Positions 46,829 to 59,800 of a DNA stretch of 64,000 bases are shown here, piece by piece (position 1 is the first letter of the stretch; every line of letters starts with the position of its first letter). The translations under genes and the position numbers were made by a program. The stretch is taken from the NCBI GenBank assembly GCA_001949185.1, contig BDGG01000003.1, forward strand, positions 3,269,158-3,333,157, written 5' to 3'. Below the pieces are notes generated by a model. The model had not been told where the DNA came from. It worked only from the letters and a program-made list of their open reading frames with translations, and did no database searches. The stretch is from Ramazzottius varieornatus (lineage: Eukaryota; Animalia; Tardigrada).

Positions 46829-47218
46829 CTTCTTCGGCAGCAAACGACGATGGTGCAGAGGAACACGAGGATCTCAGAGAAACTGAAAGCGGAGGAATGG
46901 AAGATGACCATCCAACGAATTATTTAACCCAATCAAATTTTCAATAGATGTTCCTGTACCATTTACCCAACCAAGCGCAAACAAATCACAAACATGAGTT
47001 ACATGACTTGGTTTTGTTGGCTTGATTGCACGTGGGTTTGATTAACCACGTGATTCGCCATTGATTGCTGATCCTTGATTGCCCAGTAGGTTCATCTTGA
47101 TTTTCCGCCATCATCAGTTCTTTCAGCCTTCTTCCGGACTCCGACGTTCTGATTCCTGAGCTGTCCTATTCCTCGCTTTCATCGTGGGATTGCTTGGCGT
47201 CTTCAGTTGCAAGACGCG
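46829..47218. promoter_or_regulatory. Putative bidirectional promoter ARMH3/GTF2H2
   Basis: 390 bp between divergent ATGs, with two CACGTG E-boxes (~47029, ~47047) and clustered TGATT/AATCA motifs. Confidence 0.5.
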
Positions 47219-49153
47219 ATGGCGGCAGTAGACGAGAGTGATCAGCAAGGCTATAGATGGGAAACCGAATACGAACGCACATGGTAATTCTGTTATTTGT
47301 TGTCCGTCCGTAATTCACTAATTCTGTCCCGTTGTCGTTTGTTAATGGATAATGGTCGCTGTCACTCGCCAGTTTGTACATGCTGACATTACAGGGAAGT
47401 CTTGCAAGAAGATTCTGCGGGATCGCTAACTTCGAGCGTGCAAGATGTGGTGCAGGGGATCAAACGACGGCGACTACTGGAAAAGAAGCCGAATCTACGG
47501 CTTGGGATGGTAGACTTTACCACTGATACAATATGGACTGCTGCTCCCTTATGTCTGAAGACGGAATACCCTGGAAATTTTCTGACGATTGTTGCTCTTG
47601 CAGATGCGCCATCTCTTCATCATACTAGATCTCTCGGAAACTATGCGTGATCAGGACTTGAAGCCGAACCGCCTTTACTGTGTTCTGAAGGTTAGTCACC
47701 CACCTAACCCGCGCACTGTTACATATTCCTCATGCGAAGGGTTATGTTTTTGACTATCTGAATTTCTGCTCTGTGTAGTTGCTGGAAAAGTTCATCGCTG
47801 AGTTCTTCGACCAGAACCCCATCGGACAACTCGGTATCATTACAACGAGAAACAAAAGAGCGGATCGCTTGACTGAATTGGCAGGTACGCAAGTTGTGAG
47901 TTAGCTGTAATTAGGCAGTGGAACTCTTTTGAGTCTTTGCCAATAACGTTTCCTTTGTCCAAAAGGTAACCAGAAGAAGCACATCGAAGCTGTACAGTCC
48001 CTGAAGACCACCACACCTCTCGGGGAGCCATCCCTTCAGAACTCTCTGGACGTTGCCGCCCAGACATTACGCCACATTCCTTCCCATGCCAGTCGTGAAA
48101 TAGTGGTAATCTTCGGAAGCCTTACATCCTGTGATCCCGGAAACATATATGACACCACCAACGTAAGTTGCTCTTTAGTATGTGTGTAATTTAAGGAAGT
48201 TAGAGTCGGCCATTCAGCAGTACTGACAGTACTGTACTGTAACACGGTTCTACATGTGTGCTCTGAATTTAGATGCTGCGGGAGAACAATGTACGGTGCT
48301 CCGTTGTGGGTCTTTCGGCGGAAGTCTCCATATGCAAGACTTTGGCAAAAGAAACGTCCGGTGAATATGGTATCTCCTTGGACGAATCTCACCTTAGGGA
48401 TCTCTTGATGGCCCATGTGGCTCCTCCGCCCATCGGTGTAAGTCAGTTCAGAACTGGAGCCAGGTTCTCTCAATTATGATATCTGTTCTGCTTTCTTTAT
48501 AGCCCAACTCTGAATACTTTCTCATCAGAATGGGTAAGTGGATCGACTTAGATTTAGTTGATATTGCGAACATCATGCCTGAGTACTTCATTCAACAGGG
48601 TTTCCCCAGCAGAAGGCGCACGAAAGGCTCGACGAATTTTCCTTTTGCTTATGGTAGTTCCGTTTTAAGAAACCTGCTTTCGAACAAGACGGGTGATTCC
48701 ACCAGTTTCCGTTTATTGTAGCCATTTGGACCAACCAGAGCCCAGATACGGGCAACCGGGCTATTTTTGTCCTGTTTGCCTGTCGAAGTACTGCGAACTG
48801 CCCGTTGAATGCAAAGTTTGCGGACTGACGCTTGTTTCCGCGCCTCATCTCGCTCGATCATACCATCACCTGTTCCCGGTAGAACCATTTGAGGAAATAA
48901 CGCCCGAAGACGTTAGTAGTTCACAAAACCAGTAAGGCTGGATCAACATATGCTCTGGTTAGAATAATTGGTGTGACGCGGCATATTTTTTAGGCGTTGC
49001 TTTAGCTGCTTAGTGGAAACCCACAGCGACAAAGTGGCTCTTTTCAAATGCAAAGCCTGTCAACAGCAGTTTTGCATCGACTGTGATTTATTCATCCATG
49101 AAGTCCTGCATAGTTGTCCCGGCTGTGCCGGAAATCCCGCAAAGTCTGGCTGA
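47219..49153 (+). CDS. GTF2H2: TFIIH subunit p44
   Basis: [85 protein letters not shown] and HSCPGC. Confidence 0.95.
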
Positions 49154-49718
49154 CAACCGCGGAGTGATAATAGTTTCCTCTTATGACATGATTGATGGGA
49201 GGGTTACATGTAAGCGAAGAGACCGATTCCCACTTCGTTCATTTGCCTCTTCCAATCGAAAGTTTCTCCTTTTCCGGAACAACTCCTGCTGTTCGCTGAT
49301 AAGTATTCATAATCTTCTGGTTAACCCGTAACAAAAAGGGGTGAAGTTTTATTGTGTTGTAAAGCTTACGACGTATCTGCTCGCTCTTGCGGAATATTTT
49401 AATTACGTTGCGTCAGGAAAAAAAGGATAACTGCTTTTGTATGTTAGCTCAGCTGGAAAACGAGGGACTTTCTGATTGCCGTTTACCATCCAGGAACTAT
49501 TCCAACCGGGGCGCGATGTTCTCATAAGCTCGTGAATACGATCAAGTTAGTTACCCTCTCGCCCATGAGCATTAGGATAGCTTTCTTCAGTCCATTCCAC
49601 TTGCATCCTTCTTTCAAATGTGCGAGTACTGAAGTCCGCTATGCTCATCACTGCTCGTAGTCCCTAAACTCTTCGCGCTTCCGACCCTTCCGTGTCATAC
49701 TGTATCTAGCTTGCAAGA

Positions 49719-50060
49719 ATGTTGTCGTGGACGGCCATATGTTTCGGTTGTTTCCTGGTCGGAGTACTGGGCGCCAACAGCAGTCCCTCCAATGGTCTCT
49801 TCTATCAGTTCAAGTACTATCCGTGGACCTCGATCCAGACCGATTCTTTGAGACGATTGCCGGAACTGGATGGTAGGGATCTGAAACTTGAGGAGAAGCG
49901 GGAAACTGTCTTCATGCCGAACGCCAAAGAGTACGAAGCACAAATCCAAGCACGGCGACGTTTCGGCTTTGGACTAGGAAAACGATCTGGGATTCGTTCT
50001 TTTGCCGAAGATTATGGACTCTTTGACAACCGAGACCAGCAAGACCTCCTGAAGACCTAG
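49719..50060 (+). CDS. Allatostatin-A (FGLamide)-like neuropeptide precursor
   Basis: Signal peptide, dibasic sites RR/KR, and RRR-FGFGL-G-KR, matching Y/FxFGL-amide. Confidence 0.75.
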   Translation: MLSWTAICFGCFLVGVLGANSSPSNGLFYQFKYYPWTSIQTDSLRRLPELDGRDLKLEEKRETVFMPNAKEYEAQIQARRRFGFGLGKRSGIRSFAEDYGLFDNRDQQDLLKT

Positions 50061-50363
50061 CTGAACACAACGCGGCCCGTCAACGTTAACAGACTTTTCT
50101 ATGTACCAGTCTATCGAGGACCTTGATCCTTTTGGAGGTCGAACTACACCGGTGGATTTTCTCATTCATCGTGCAAGTAACGCTCTATAATCATCGTTAT
50201 ATTGCAGTAGGTGACAGAGTTTTAGAAGCGAATACTCTCCTTCTGAGGTTATGTACAATGCGAAACCAAAGCATCCAGCTTGCTGGAAGGACTTCACTGT
50301 ATATCGTACTAGTACTGCTTTTTCCATAGGCAATGAAGCGTAGAAGCACAAACATTCAAAAGG

Positions 50364-53300
50364 CTATCTGGCTCCTCGCCACTGCCCGCCTCTTCGGCCT
50401 CCACGAGACCGGTCTCCTCTAGGTCGGTACTCGCGGTTACCTTCATGATAGGCTCCTCTGTTGGAATACCCTGTTTGACCAGATGACGAGCCTTCGTTTC
50501 TGTCTTGGTACTGATACCGGTTCTCTTCGGTGTGCGGTGCTTCCCACGGTCTCTTATCGCCCCTTCGGTAGTCATTCTGTGTCTGCGACAAACCTTGTTC
50601 GCTAGGAGGTGGCAGTAGACCACCTTCTGGTCTTCCTGCCGCACTCTGTGAATCGGTTGTCGCTGATGACTGGCCGTACTCCGACGCGTTGTCGTCCCAG
50701 TTCTTTTGCGGCTGCTGGGAGTCAGACTGTGACTGGTTCCAGTCATCGGAGTGATTATCGTCCTGCCGGTTTCTCGTATTCCAAAACCTACCAAACAAAT
50801 TTCGATTTATTCACTAACCAAAATTTTTGCGAACCGGAAACCGGAACGTACCCGATCCTTACCTCAAGTGGCGCACGTTTTCATTATTCTCACCTGGTGA
50901 AGTGCGCCACTAACGGTAACGATCTTGTGCATTTGTTCTGCTGTTTGATTGAAATTCATATTTTTAGAGCAATGTATTTCATATAATGATTTTGTATATA
51001 AGTATATGCATATAAGTACGATTCGACCAAAATTTATTGCTAACAGTAAAATACAGCAATTAACAAAGTTCACTCAAGTGAACAATAAGTATATTAAGTA
51101 TATCATATTATAATTTCAGCTGGAATTCTTATAGTATGACAACACTGTATTTCACTTGTTCAGGTTTTCAGTTGTATTGTTTACCTTCTGTTTCCACCGC
51201 CGTTTCTTTGATCCCAATGTTGGTCCCGGTCCTGGCTTCTTCTACGATGAACTCCTCGGTCAGAGTACCGCTGGAAGGATTCGTTTCGCCTGTCTTGGTT
51301 TCCGTAGCCTTGGTCAGAACCTTGATTGTTAGGGGGAGGAAAGCGGTGCGACTGTTCGTCGTATCCACGTGGAGGTGCGTGATAGCCAGGACCAGGTCCT
51401 CCAGGTCGGAAACTACCTTCAGGGCCACCACGGGGTCCAAAGTGTTGTGGCTGCTGCGGAGGTATGAACGGAGCAGCGGGAGGTTCCATAGGTCGGAATG
51501 AGCGTGGTGCGTTATTCTCAAACTCGGAAACGTCTTGCATATCCAACTGCCCCCTGTGTACGTCCGCTGTAAAATCTACAGTTAACACCGATGACAACAT
51601 GCCAATATACACCTGACCTGCAGTAAAGTCATGGAGCTCACTTGTATGCTGTTCCTCTTCTTCTTCCTCATACTCGTATTCCATTTCTGATTTTTCTGTA
51701 GAAAAATCCTATTGATGTATGTATAGAGTCGACTCGTTCTAATCTCATGGTACGAAAATGTACATACTGAGATCGAGCGGATTGTCGGTTTCGCTTCTGG
51801 CCTTAGCGTTGTACTTATCCTTCATAGGATCTCCCGGACGATTGCGAGTCCAGAACTTCCTGCGAAAGCCATCTTGCTATATCATCAGTTTCTGTTACAG
51901 CTTCCGGATCTTGGAGGTAGTATGTGCTTGAAGGGTGCGCTTACACAGAGCAGTCATTCGAACCAGTCACCAAAATGTGGCCTTGGGGATGCCAGCTCAT
52001 GCTCCAGATGCTTCCGTCGTGGGCGTTTTCGACAGCTCCCACTTCTTGCTCGGTCCTGTAAGAATAACCTCCAATAAGCACGCAATTCGACGAAATGTAA
52101 GCTACAGAGTATGGTTCAAACAAAACAAACAATTACGTACCCTATGTTCCAAAACATGAGCGATCCATCGATTCCACCGGTACAAAACAGACTCTGGTAG
52201 ATGGGATGCCATCCGAGACCTAGTTAGCACAAAAATCAATGTCATACAGTCATGATAACCTATTTTGTAAGTTAAGCGAGCGTACTCATCACTTCTCGCT
52301 TATGGCCTCGACATGTCTGGAAGTCTTTCATGGTACGGAGATCGAAGAGTTTGACCAGAGTGTCACGCGAAGAGCTGGCGAGGTAATTAGAGTTGATGGG
52401 GTTCCACTTCAGATCGGTTACCGGTCCTTTATGAAGATACCTGAGAGACAAAGAGGAAACTGTAAAGAAATAATGATCACACGCGCTCCAGGTCTTACAG
52501 TGTGCCTATGGCTTCCGCTGTTCGAGGGTCCCAGAGCTTCACCGGCTGTTGGTTGTCTCGACTTCCGGTAACGAGCAACGACTTCTTCGGATGCCAGTCC
52601 ACGCATTTCACTTCGCCCCCATGACCACCTTTGAGCACTTTGATGGTCTCACATGTATCGAAGTCCCAAATCCTTATTGTGCCGTCATCCGATCCAGTGG
52701 CGAACTTGAAGTCGGTAGGACAGAAGGTAATTCCTCGGATGGAATCTCTGTGGGCTTGGAAGGACTTTACGTTGTTCATGTTGGTCTGCCAGTACTTTAT
52801 GTGTCCATTGGCATCTCCTGTCACTAACCAGGTGTCACTCCTACTCCACACCATAGACCTTACAGGACCTTCGTGCGCCTGGAAGAAGAACGCATTAGTT
52901 AGCCAACCAAACTTCGCATTTCAAGCTTCCATCAACTAACCTGTAGAATGGTCTCGAAATTGAACGTCAATCCATTCCAGAGTGTAAATTCACCACTCGA
53001 AGAGCCGGTGACAAGTCGACGCCCATCAGGAGTCCACTGCGACAAGAAGAAAAAAATGTGCTTGTACTCTGATGACCGGCCTAACCACTGTCGGCCAACC
53101 GGAAGTGAGGACTTACGAGAGCAACGAAGACCGGGCACTTCACTTTATTCGTTGCCTGTCGGATAAACTTCGTGGTGATTGCGCTGGCGGTGTTATGAGG
53201 ATATGCCACCGGAGATAGCATCTGAAAACAATGAAGGAAAGGTTTACTGATATTCAGTGTTGGACGCGTTGCATATCGACTCATACCTCTGAAACATACA

Positions 53301-53766
53301 GGGGATCCGCTAGAAGCGCCCGGAAGTTTGTTGGTTCAACGTAGACGGATCTCTCCTACGACAAGAGAAAATAACACCAGAGCGTGCAAACGCTTCTTCG
53401 AGACTAGCTTTCACGTCTAATACTAACCTCGACATACTTCACGATGGGAGTGAAGTAATCGACGGTTCTTCTGTAGATGGATTTCCGCAGGCGCTTAGCG
53501 TCCAGATCTTGTCGCCATTCGAAAGGGACCTTTCCTCCTGGCTGATCGCTGTCCCCCGCAGAGTTCGATGTGGAGGCAGCGTCCGGAACTGTTCCCAACG
53601 CCGATGGCATCGGATGTCGCAGGGGCGCAAGTGGTTGACTGTTCGCTCCCGTGGCATACTGCGGGATGGGATTGCTCGAGAATCGCTGAAGAGTATTCTG
53701 CTGATGGTAGCCTCCACGCGGGGAGATGCTCCTGGGGCCGGGCGCATGTTGAGGACGAATGGACAT
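50364..53766 (-). CDS. WDR33: Pre-mRNA 3'-end processing factor WDR33 (Pfs2)
   Basis: [50 protein letters not shown]40 repeats, FWTRNRPGD and a low-complexity RG-rich tail. Confidence 0.94.
50844..50934. repeat. Family A copy 11 (WDR33 intron)
   Basis: GATCCTTACCTCAAGTGGCGCAC-N25-GTGCGCCACTAACGGTAACGATC. Confidence 0.88.
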
Positions 53767-54322
53767 GGTTAATCTCCGCGCATTGACACCTGTAAGAAGA
53801 GCAGGGAGTTCATTAGGAGAAGCTAAGAGAGTCGGAGAGCCGTCCAAAATTCATCTGAGCTAAGTCAAGTCAATCATCAATCAAGGTGTACCAAAGTATG
53901 AAGGATTACCCTCACAGTTGTCCGCATAACCAACCAGCAATGACATGAAGACAGCTTTTCGCAGGCCATCCAGCGATGCATTCTTCGCTGATGAACACAG
54001 ACTTTGGCAGGCTATTGCCTATAGGGCGGCCCGGCGAGCCCTCACGCTATAGCCTGGACTTCGGTCAGCAATCAGCATCAGTGCATCGCGCTCGATTTAT
54101 GTGGTTTTAGGCTGGCTCCCTACATGAAACTGCACCGTTTACTTTCTGTTCGATAAAACACACCTGGATTTCACCGCGGAGATGAAACAGCATCGCGCCA
54201 AGACGGTGCGCGGAAGAAATATGCTGTCCCGCACCAATTTCCCTTTTCCTACTGTCCATCGCTGTCCGACCACTACTTGTGCATCCACGCGTCAGGAACG
54301 ATCCCCAACCTGCTAACCACGA

Positions 54323-55504
54323 ATGGCAGGAACATCCCACAGAGTGGAGACAGGTGACAAGGACAAACAGGTAATCAAGACGCTGAGGAAGCAGCCAGAG
54401 CAGGACGTAGCTCTACAACGTGTGGAAATCGGACAGCAGAACACGGATGGACAGAGATGACCCTGATTCCTTTGGGAGAACGCGAGGCTGTGTCGACTTC
54501 TCACCTCCGAAGAACTTGTAAAATTCTCTATTATCCGCCCGAAATCAGCGCTACAGGAAGCATTCGTTACTGACAACTGCGACCAGATGCTGGATGATGT
54601 TCGCAGAGTACGCCTCGGTAAGAAGGGTTCTGAAATACAGCAAGATCGCATACCCGCAACTTGATGCTTACCCGCAGCTTGATGTCGCAGGTGATGTTGT
54701 GCGAATCACTCACCTCAACGGTGTGAAATACGCGGCAAAGACTCGCTATAAGAACCCGATCTTCGGCCTTCCACTGGGAGTGGAAGATCAAAGATGAATG
54801 CAAGTGAAGCAGAAAAACGCGTCACAAGCTGCGTGGGTTTGCATTGATGGTCGACCCAATACGCTGGTCGATCCCTGTGGACATATTCACACCTGCAGTA
54901 CAGTACTTGTGCTGATGCGTTGCTTTGTCTGACCAACTTATAAACCAGGAAACGCTCAATCGAAAGCCGGTTCTTTGAGCCAATCTGTTATTTTAGGTGT
55001 GATTCCTTCCGATTTCTACACGGAAAATCTCGCAAATGGTATCACAGATGGATACAGTACATCGTGATAGTTTGGTTTCAACTTGTTCACCAATGTTGTT
55101 TTTTTATTCAAACACTAAAATGGCCATCGATGTCATTCAGCTGTTTCCGCCCTTCAATTCCGCGAGCCAGCTTCATTTTTCAGTACCGGATTATCCTCTC
55201 TTTCATGTAATTGATCCGATCATTAGAAAGTACGGACCGCGAGGTCTTTCAGGCGACTGGTCCAGTAGAACATTGTTTGTCAAGAGAACGGCACTACAGA
55301 ACACGGTACTTCGAAGGATCTTGGTGCGGTCTTTCAGCGATGAAAATGGTTTGCAGCTTTGCTCGCAGTTTGAGAACCAAAACATCGCCTAGTTACCGCT
55401 GTTCTTTGGGAAAGCGCTTTGTGCGTACGTGCAGAATCAACAAGCGAGATGCCGGCCTGGACAAAATCCGCAGTGACCTGATTCTGTTGTACGAAATATA
55501 TTAA
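54323..55504 (+). pseudogene. Disrupted gene containing a RING-HC finger remnant
   Basis: After removing a +1 G and a 5-nt AGTAC duplication, 54830-54925 reads CVVCIDGRPNTLVDPCGHIHTCSTCADAL. Flanking frames contain stops. Extent approximate. Confidence 0.45.
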
Positions 55505-55610
55505 TCTAATTTTGTGGCCAGGGAAGCACAGACGGCCTTCTGGATGCGGCCCCATAAAGCAATCTGTGTTACTCAATTTTCGGACAGAAGTCTTTTGACG
55601 TTGCGTATTA

Positions 55611-56633
55611 ATGTCTAATAACAACAATAATAATAAAAAGCCCCCCAAACCAAGCACCGGAACTAGAAATGTCCAGCCTAGTGTGAGTCCCATCAACCGC
55701 CAGTTTCCCGCCGCAAAGGACAATACAAGGAGCAGATCTCTGGGTCCGGCGCGACCAGCATCTTCACCAGGTATTTCAGTGACAACTTGAAATATCTGAG
55801 ACGTTGGCAAATGAATCGATCATGATCGTCGTCTCAAGTGGCGCGCGTTTCCATTGTCTGTGGCCGAAGATGTACGCTAGTTGGGAAGATGATCATGGTC
55901 AAGTCATTTGCCCACGCCTGAAAAGAATGAAAAATTGCCGAGTTTGCCATATTGTAAACGGCAAGAATAGTTCCCCTCGTACGGATATGGTTTTCTGGCT
56001 TATTCTACAGGTGTTCCGAAGCCTAGCTCATTGGGTACCTCTTTACCGCCAACTAGCCTACCGCCTTTTGGTGGTCGACGTTTGCCTCCGTTATCCAATC
56101 CTGCTTTTGCCGCGCCCTCTACCAGTATGCGTATGAACGCGGCGAACCCCAGTCAGTTCCAGCGACCTAATCAGCAGGTCCTGGGTCCGGTGGTCCATGC
56201 CAATACCGGCAAAGTAACAGCGATGGACAGGACACAAAACCAAGTCAATGAGATCACGGGGATTATGCGGTCGAATTTAGAGGCGGTGATTGAAAGGGGG
56301 GACAAACTACAGGACCTTGATGCCAGGGCGGACCAGCTTTCGCTGAACAGCGAGAAGTTTCGCGCCACCACAAAGAAGATAAAAAACAAGTACTGGTGGA
56401 AGAACCAGAAATATTGCATTTGTTTAACCTTAACCGTGCTGGCTTTGTTGGGTGCTGCTGTTGGTATTTGTTTATATGAATTTATGCCCATAAAGAATGG
56501 AACTGACCTATCCAACAGCACTTCCAGTACTATGCACATGACCACCGTCACCCATTTATTTGTTAGAAAAGTAACGGTTCTTACCTCAGATACCACTACC
56601 GACACCACAGAAGAGTCGCTTGTGGAATCGTGA
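55611..56633 (+). CDS. Synaptobrevin/VAMP R-SNARE (2 exons; intron 55771-56010)
   Basis: QVNEITGIMRSNLEAVIERGDKLQDLDARADQL...F...KYWWKN followed by a TM helix. The phase-1 intron joins the upstream ATG exon in frame. Confidence 0.9.
55799..55919. repeat. Family A copy 12 (VAMP intron)
   Basis: GGCAAATGA..GATCATGATC...CAAGTGGCGCGC-N25-GTACGCTAGTTG...GATCATGGTC..TCATTTGCC. Confidence 0.82.
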
Positions 56634-56844
56634 TCTTTTCCCCCTCGTTTTCTTTGTTTCTGTATTTTTTTATCTCTGTTCTTGTTTGAAGGTTTGTTGT
56701 TACTTTCAAATACCCAAATAAACCAGCGTCTGAAATAGTTATTTATTTAATAGATACATGTTTGAGTAAAAAGCATAAAGAAAGACAGCTCGAGGAAAGA
56801 CCAGGAAATGATCTCTCTTTAGAGAAAATCAAAGAGGAAGAAAT

Positions 56845-59800
56845 TTACTGAACGTCAAGCTGATTCTCCATCAAAAACACTTTCAGTCTCGACTTGGCCA
56901 TAGCGAAGGGTGTCTCCATTTCCGTCTGGAATTTGGCTACCACCTAAAGATATTAATTTTAAAAATTTTTATAACACCAAAGCAGAGTGAAAAAACGTGT
57001 ACAAGATGTGCTGGTACCTCATCCAAGTCATCACGTGTCAGGACGTAAACTTCGCAGTTGTCCGTTGCCCGAACAGTGCGGGAAGCCGGCCAGTCTAGTA
57101 GGACGGCTTGCCAGTTGATGTGACTTCCGTGTCGGATTACCCCAATTTCCACACCGGCTTCCACTTCCACAGCTTCTCCGCGATGGAGGAAGTACATCTC
57201 CGGCACGAGATCACCCTGCTGTATGATGTAATCACCCGGTACGAAGTGGATTTGATGCAGGCAAGCGCTCAACATTCTTATGAAGGCATCCGACGCATCG
57301 CGGAACAAATCCATCTGAAAAAGACAAATCAGTGTAAACTGATCGAGCGCATCATTTACAGAGTCCAAACTCTAAAGTATATTCTCACATGACGAAGATT
57401 CTTCTGATGAACGACAAACAGTAGTTCAGTCCGAAGACAGAAAGGCGTATCCAGAAGGACATCGTTGACGTCGTTGATTCCTTTACACGTGTTCCACAGG
57501 AAATTGAAATAGCTCTGAACCCGTTCGACCACATGTTGACCCGCTCGTTGATCAATCAGATACCGTCTTATGGTGTGGAACTGACTTTCGAACTTATGCC
57601 TACAAATATCGGCGTTGGCCAGTGATGAAGCGGTGTCCGCCACGAAGAAGCCGAACAGCAGTCTTCCGACCATTGTGACCACTATCACAAAGCCCCGTCC
57701 ATTGCTAGATATCGGGTAAATTTCTCCGTATCCCGTTGCAGAGACCATGTTGGTTACCCAGTACATGGCCGTAATATAGGCTTGAGCGGATGTGTACCCT
57801 GGTTGCATCAGGTGGGTACTCCGCGGCCATGCGTTCTTGTCACACTGTCCGAACTTCGGGCAGCCCAGTGTGTAGGCCAGACAGGCCGCACAGTGGGTCC
57901 ATAAGAAGACTCTGATAAAGGACCATGTCATTCGAGCGTAAAGGATGTTGATGTCCATTTCGGAGAGCCAACTGGCGACGGCCAGTTTGATGCGGATGAA
58001 TCGCGGGATGAGGCGGAGTAGGCGGAAGCACGCCCAATACTGGCCGCGCATTTCATTTGACGCGGCCAGGCAGATGATCTCGTACGGAAAATTATCGAAA
58101 GCATCCAACATTAAGCCGGTCTTGCTTCTGACGTAACGCTGTCTTATCTTCACATGGTCCATGACTTCGTTCCCTAAAATCGAAAAAAGTCCGTGAACCC
58201 CGACAAGCAAAGAGAACAATCTGAATCAGCAACCATAGCACAGACGCACGCGTTGGAAGCCGATCGCTCGTAACGGTGCCGTATTATGAAGAATGTCTAT
58301 GAAAGTGACGCTTGCTCACCGAATTCATCGAGAAAAGCAAGTTTCAGACGTAAAACCACGTCAAGCAAAAGCAAGAACTCCATCCAGTAGTTCGCCGTGA
58401 TCAGGTGGAAGGCGAAGTCCGCAAAACAGGCTTGGTATAGCATGAGCGAGATCGCCACGCATCGCAGAAACGTCACAAAGAACTTGGAATAGCAACGGAT
58501 AAAACGACTGTCTGTCCGGAAAATATGTTGACGGGCTCTTTTCAATAAATCTTTCACCAGTGCTTTACCCGAAGGATGATGAAACTCCATTGAGTAATTT
58601 CGATCATGTTGCGGTTTGGGTCGCGACTCGAGTGACCTCTTCAGTTCCGCTTCCCGCTCCATACTTTCCCGTGCTTCTTCCATAATCTTGTTCCGAACTT
58701 CTGGGAAGTAGTCTAGGATACCTTCCAGCTCGACTTTTGTAATGTAGTACAAGTCACAGTTCTCACGAGCTTTGAAGTTGATCTTCGACTTCTGCCCGGT
58801 GAGGAAAGCGACTTCGCCCAGGATTCGCCCTGCGCGAAGTGAATTGGGTTGTGTATCCCCATTCTTGTACTGCACTTCCACACTCCCTCTGTAGAGTAGG
58901 TACAGGTTGGATCCGAGGTCGCCCACTCTAGTAACGTACTCGCCTTCCATTATGTAGAGAGGTTTTAGGTTGACAGCTAGCATCTTCTTGAAGCCATTTG
59001 CAGCATTCTTGAATATCGTGATTTGCTCGATGACTTTCTTATTGATTTGTAGAGCGAGCTCGCCGGTAAGCGAAGGAGGCAAGCCGGCGACGAGGTCTTG
59101 AGGGTTCTCACCATGCGTTCTCAGCCACAAGTACTCGAGATACCTATGAAGTCACAGTGGAGCACTTGGGGAAAAATCGCTTTATGGTTCGTTTAGGGTC
59201 GTAATACCTGATTACGCGTTTGCGCAGGTTGGACGGGACGTGTTCATGAAGCATGTATTTTTTAATGGCATGCATTCGATCATAAAAGCGCGCCCTTTTA
59301 CCATCCAGGTTCTTCTGTCTAGCAGCCATCGATGCGCAGATCCAGCCGAAAAAGATCATTCCGCTGATAAAGATGAAGATAAAGAGGACTTGTTCTCGTT
59401 GGTTGTAGGCATAAAGGTCTCCGAAGCCCGTTGTGGTACTACAAAGCAAAAGCTCGGAATGGAGGTTGATGGTCGAATAATAAGATTTGTTTCTAATCCC
59501 ATACGTTGTAACGATAGCCCAGTAAACAGTGGCGACAATCTGAGGCCAAACGATGGTTGTATAGGCATCAAGTGTGTAAAAGTAGACGCCCTCGGCGAAA
59601 CCCAAGAAGGAGGTCTCTAGACACGTCCGAGAGTTGTCCAAGTTGACGTTTCCGTCCGGCCCAGGATTTCCTGTCCCGAGGTATTTAGGTATTTGATACC
59701 TGAGGTCGAAATCCGGCGCTTCGGTCAAACTGATGAGGGAGGAATCAGACGAGCTAGCCGAGTTGTCGTAGTCCAAAGCGATTCCAAGATCGGTGTCTGT

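Noticed and set aside
49443-49510. TAGCTCAGCTGG resembling a tRNA D-arm
   Set aside because: No B-box/T-arm or cloverleaf follows.
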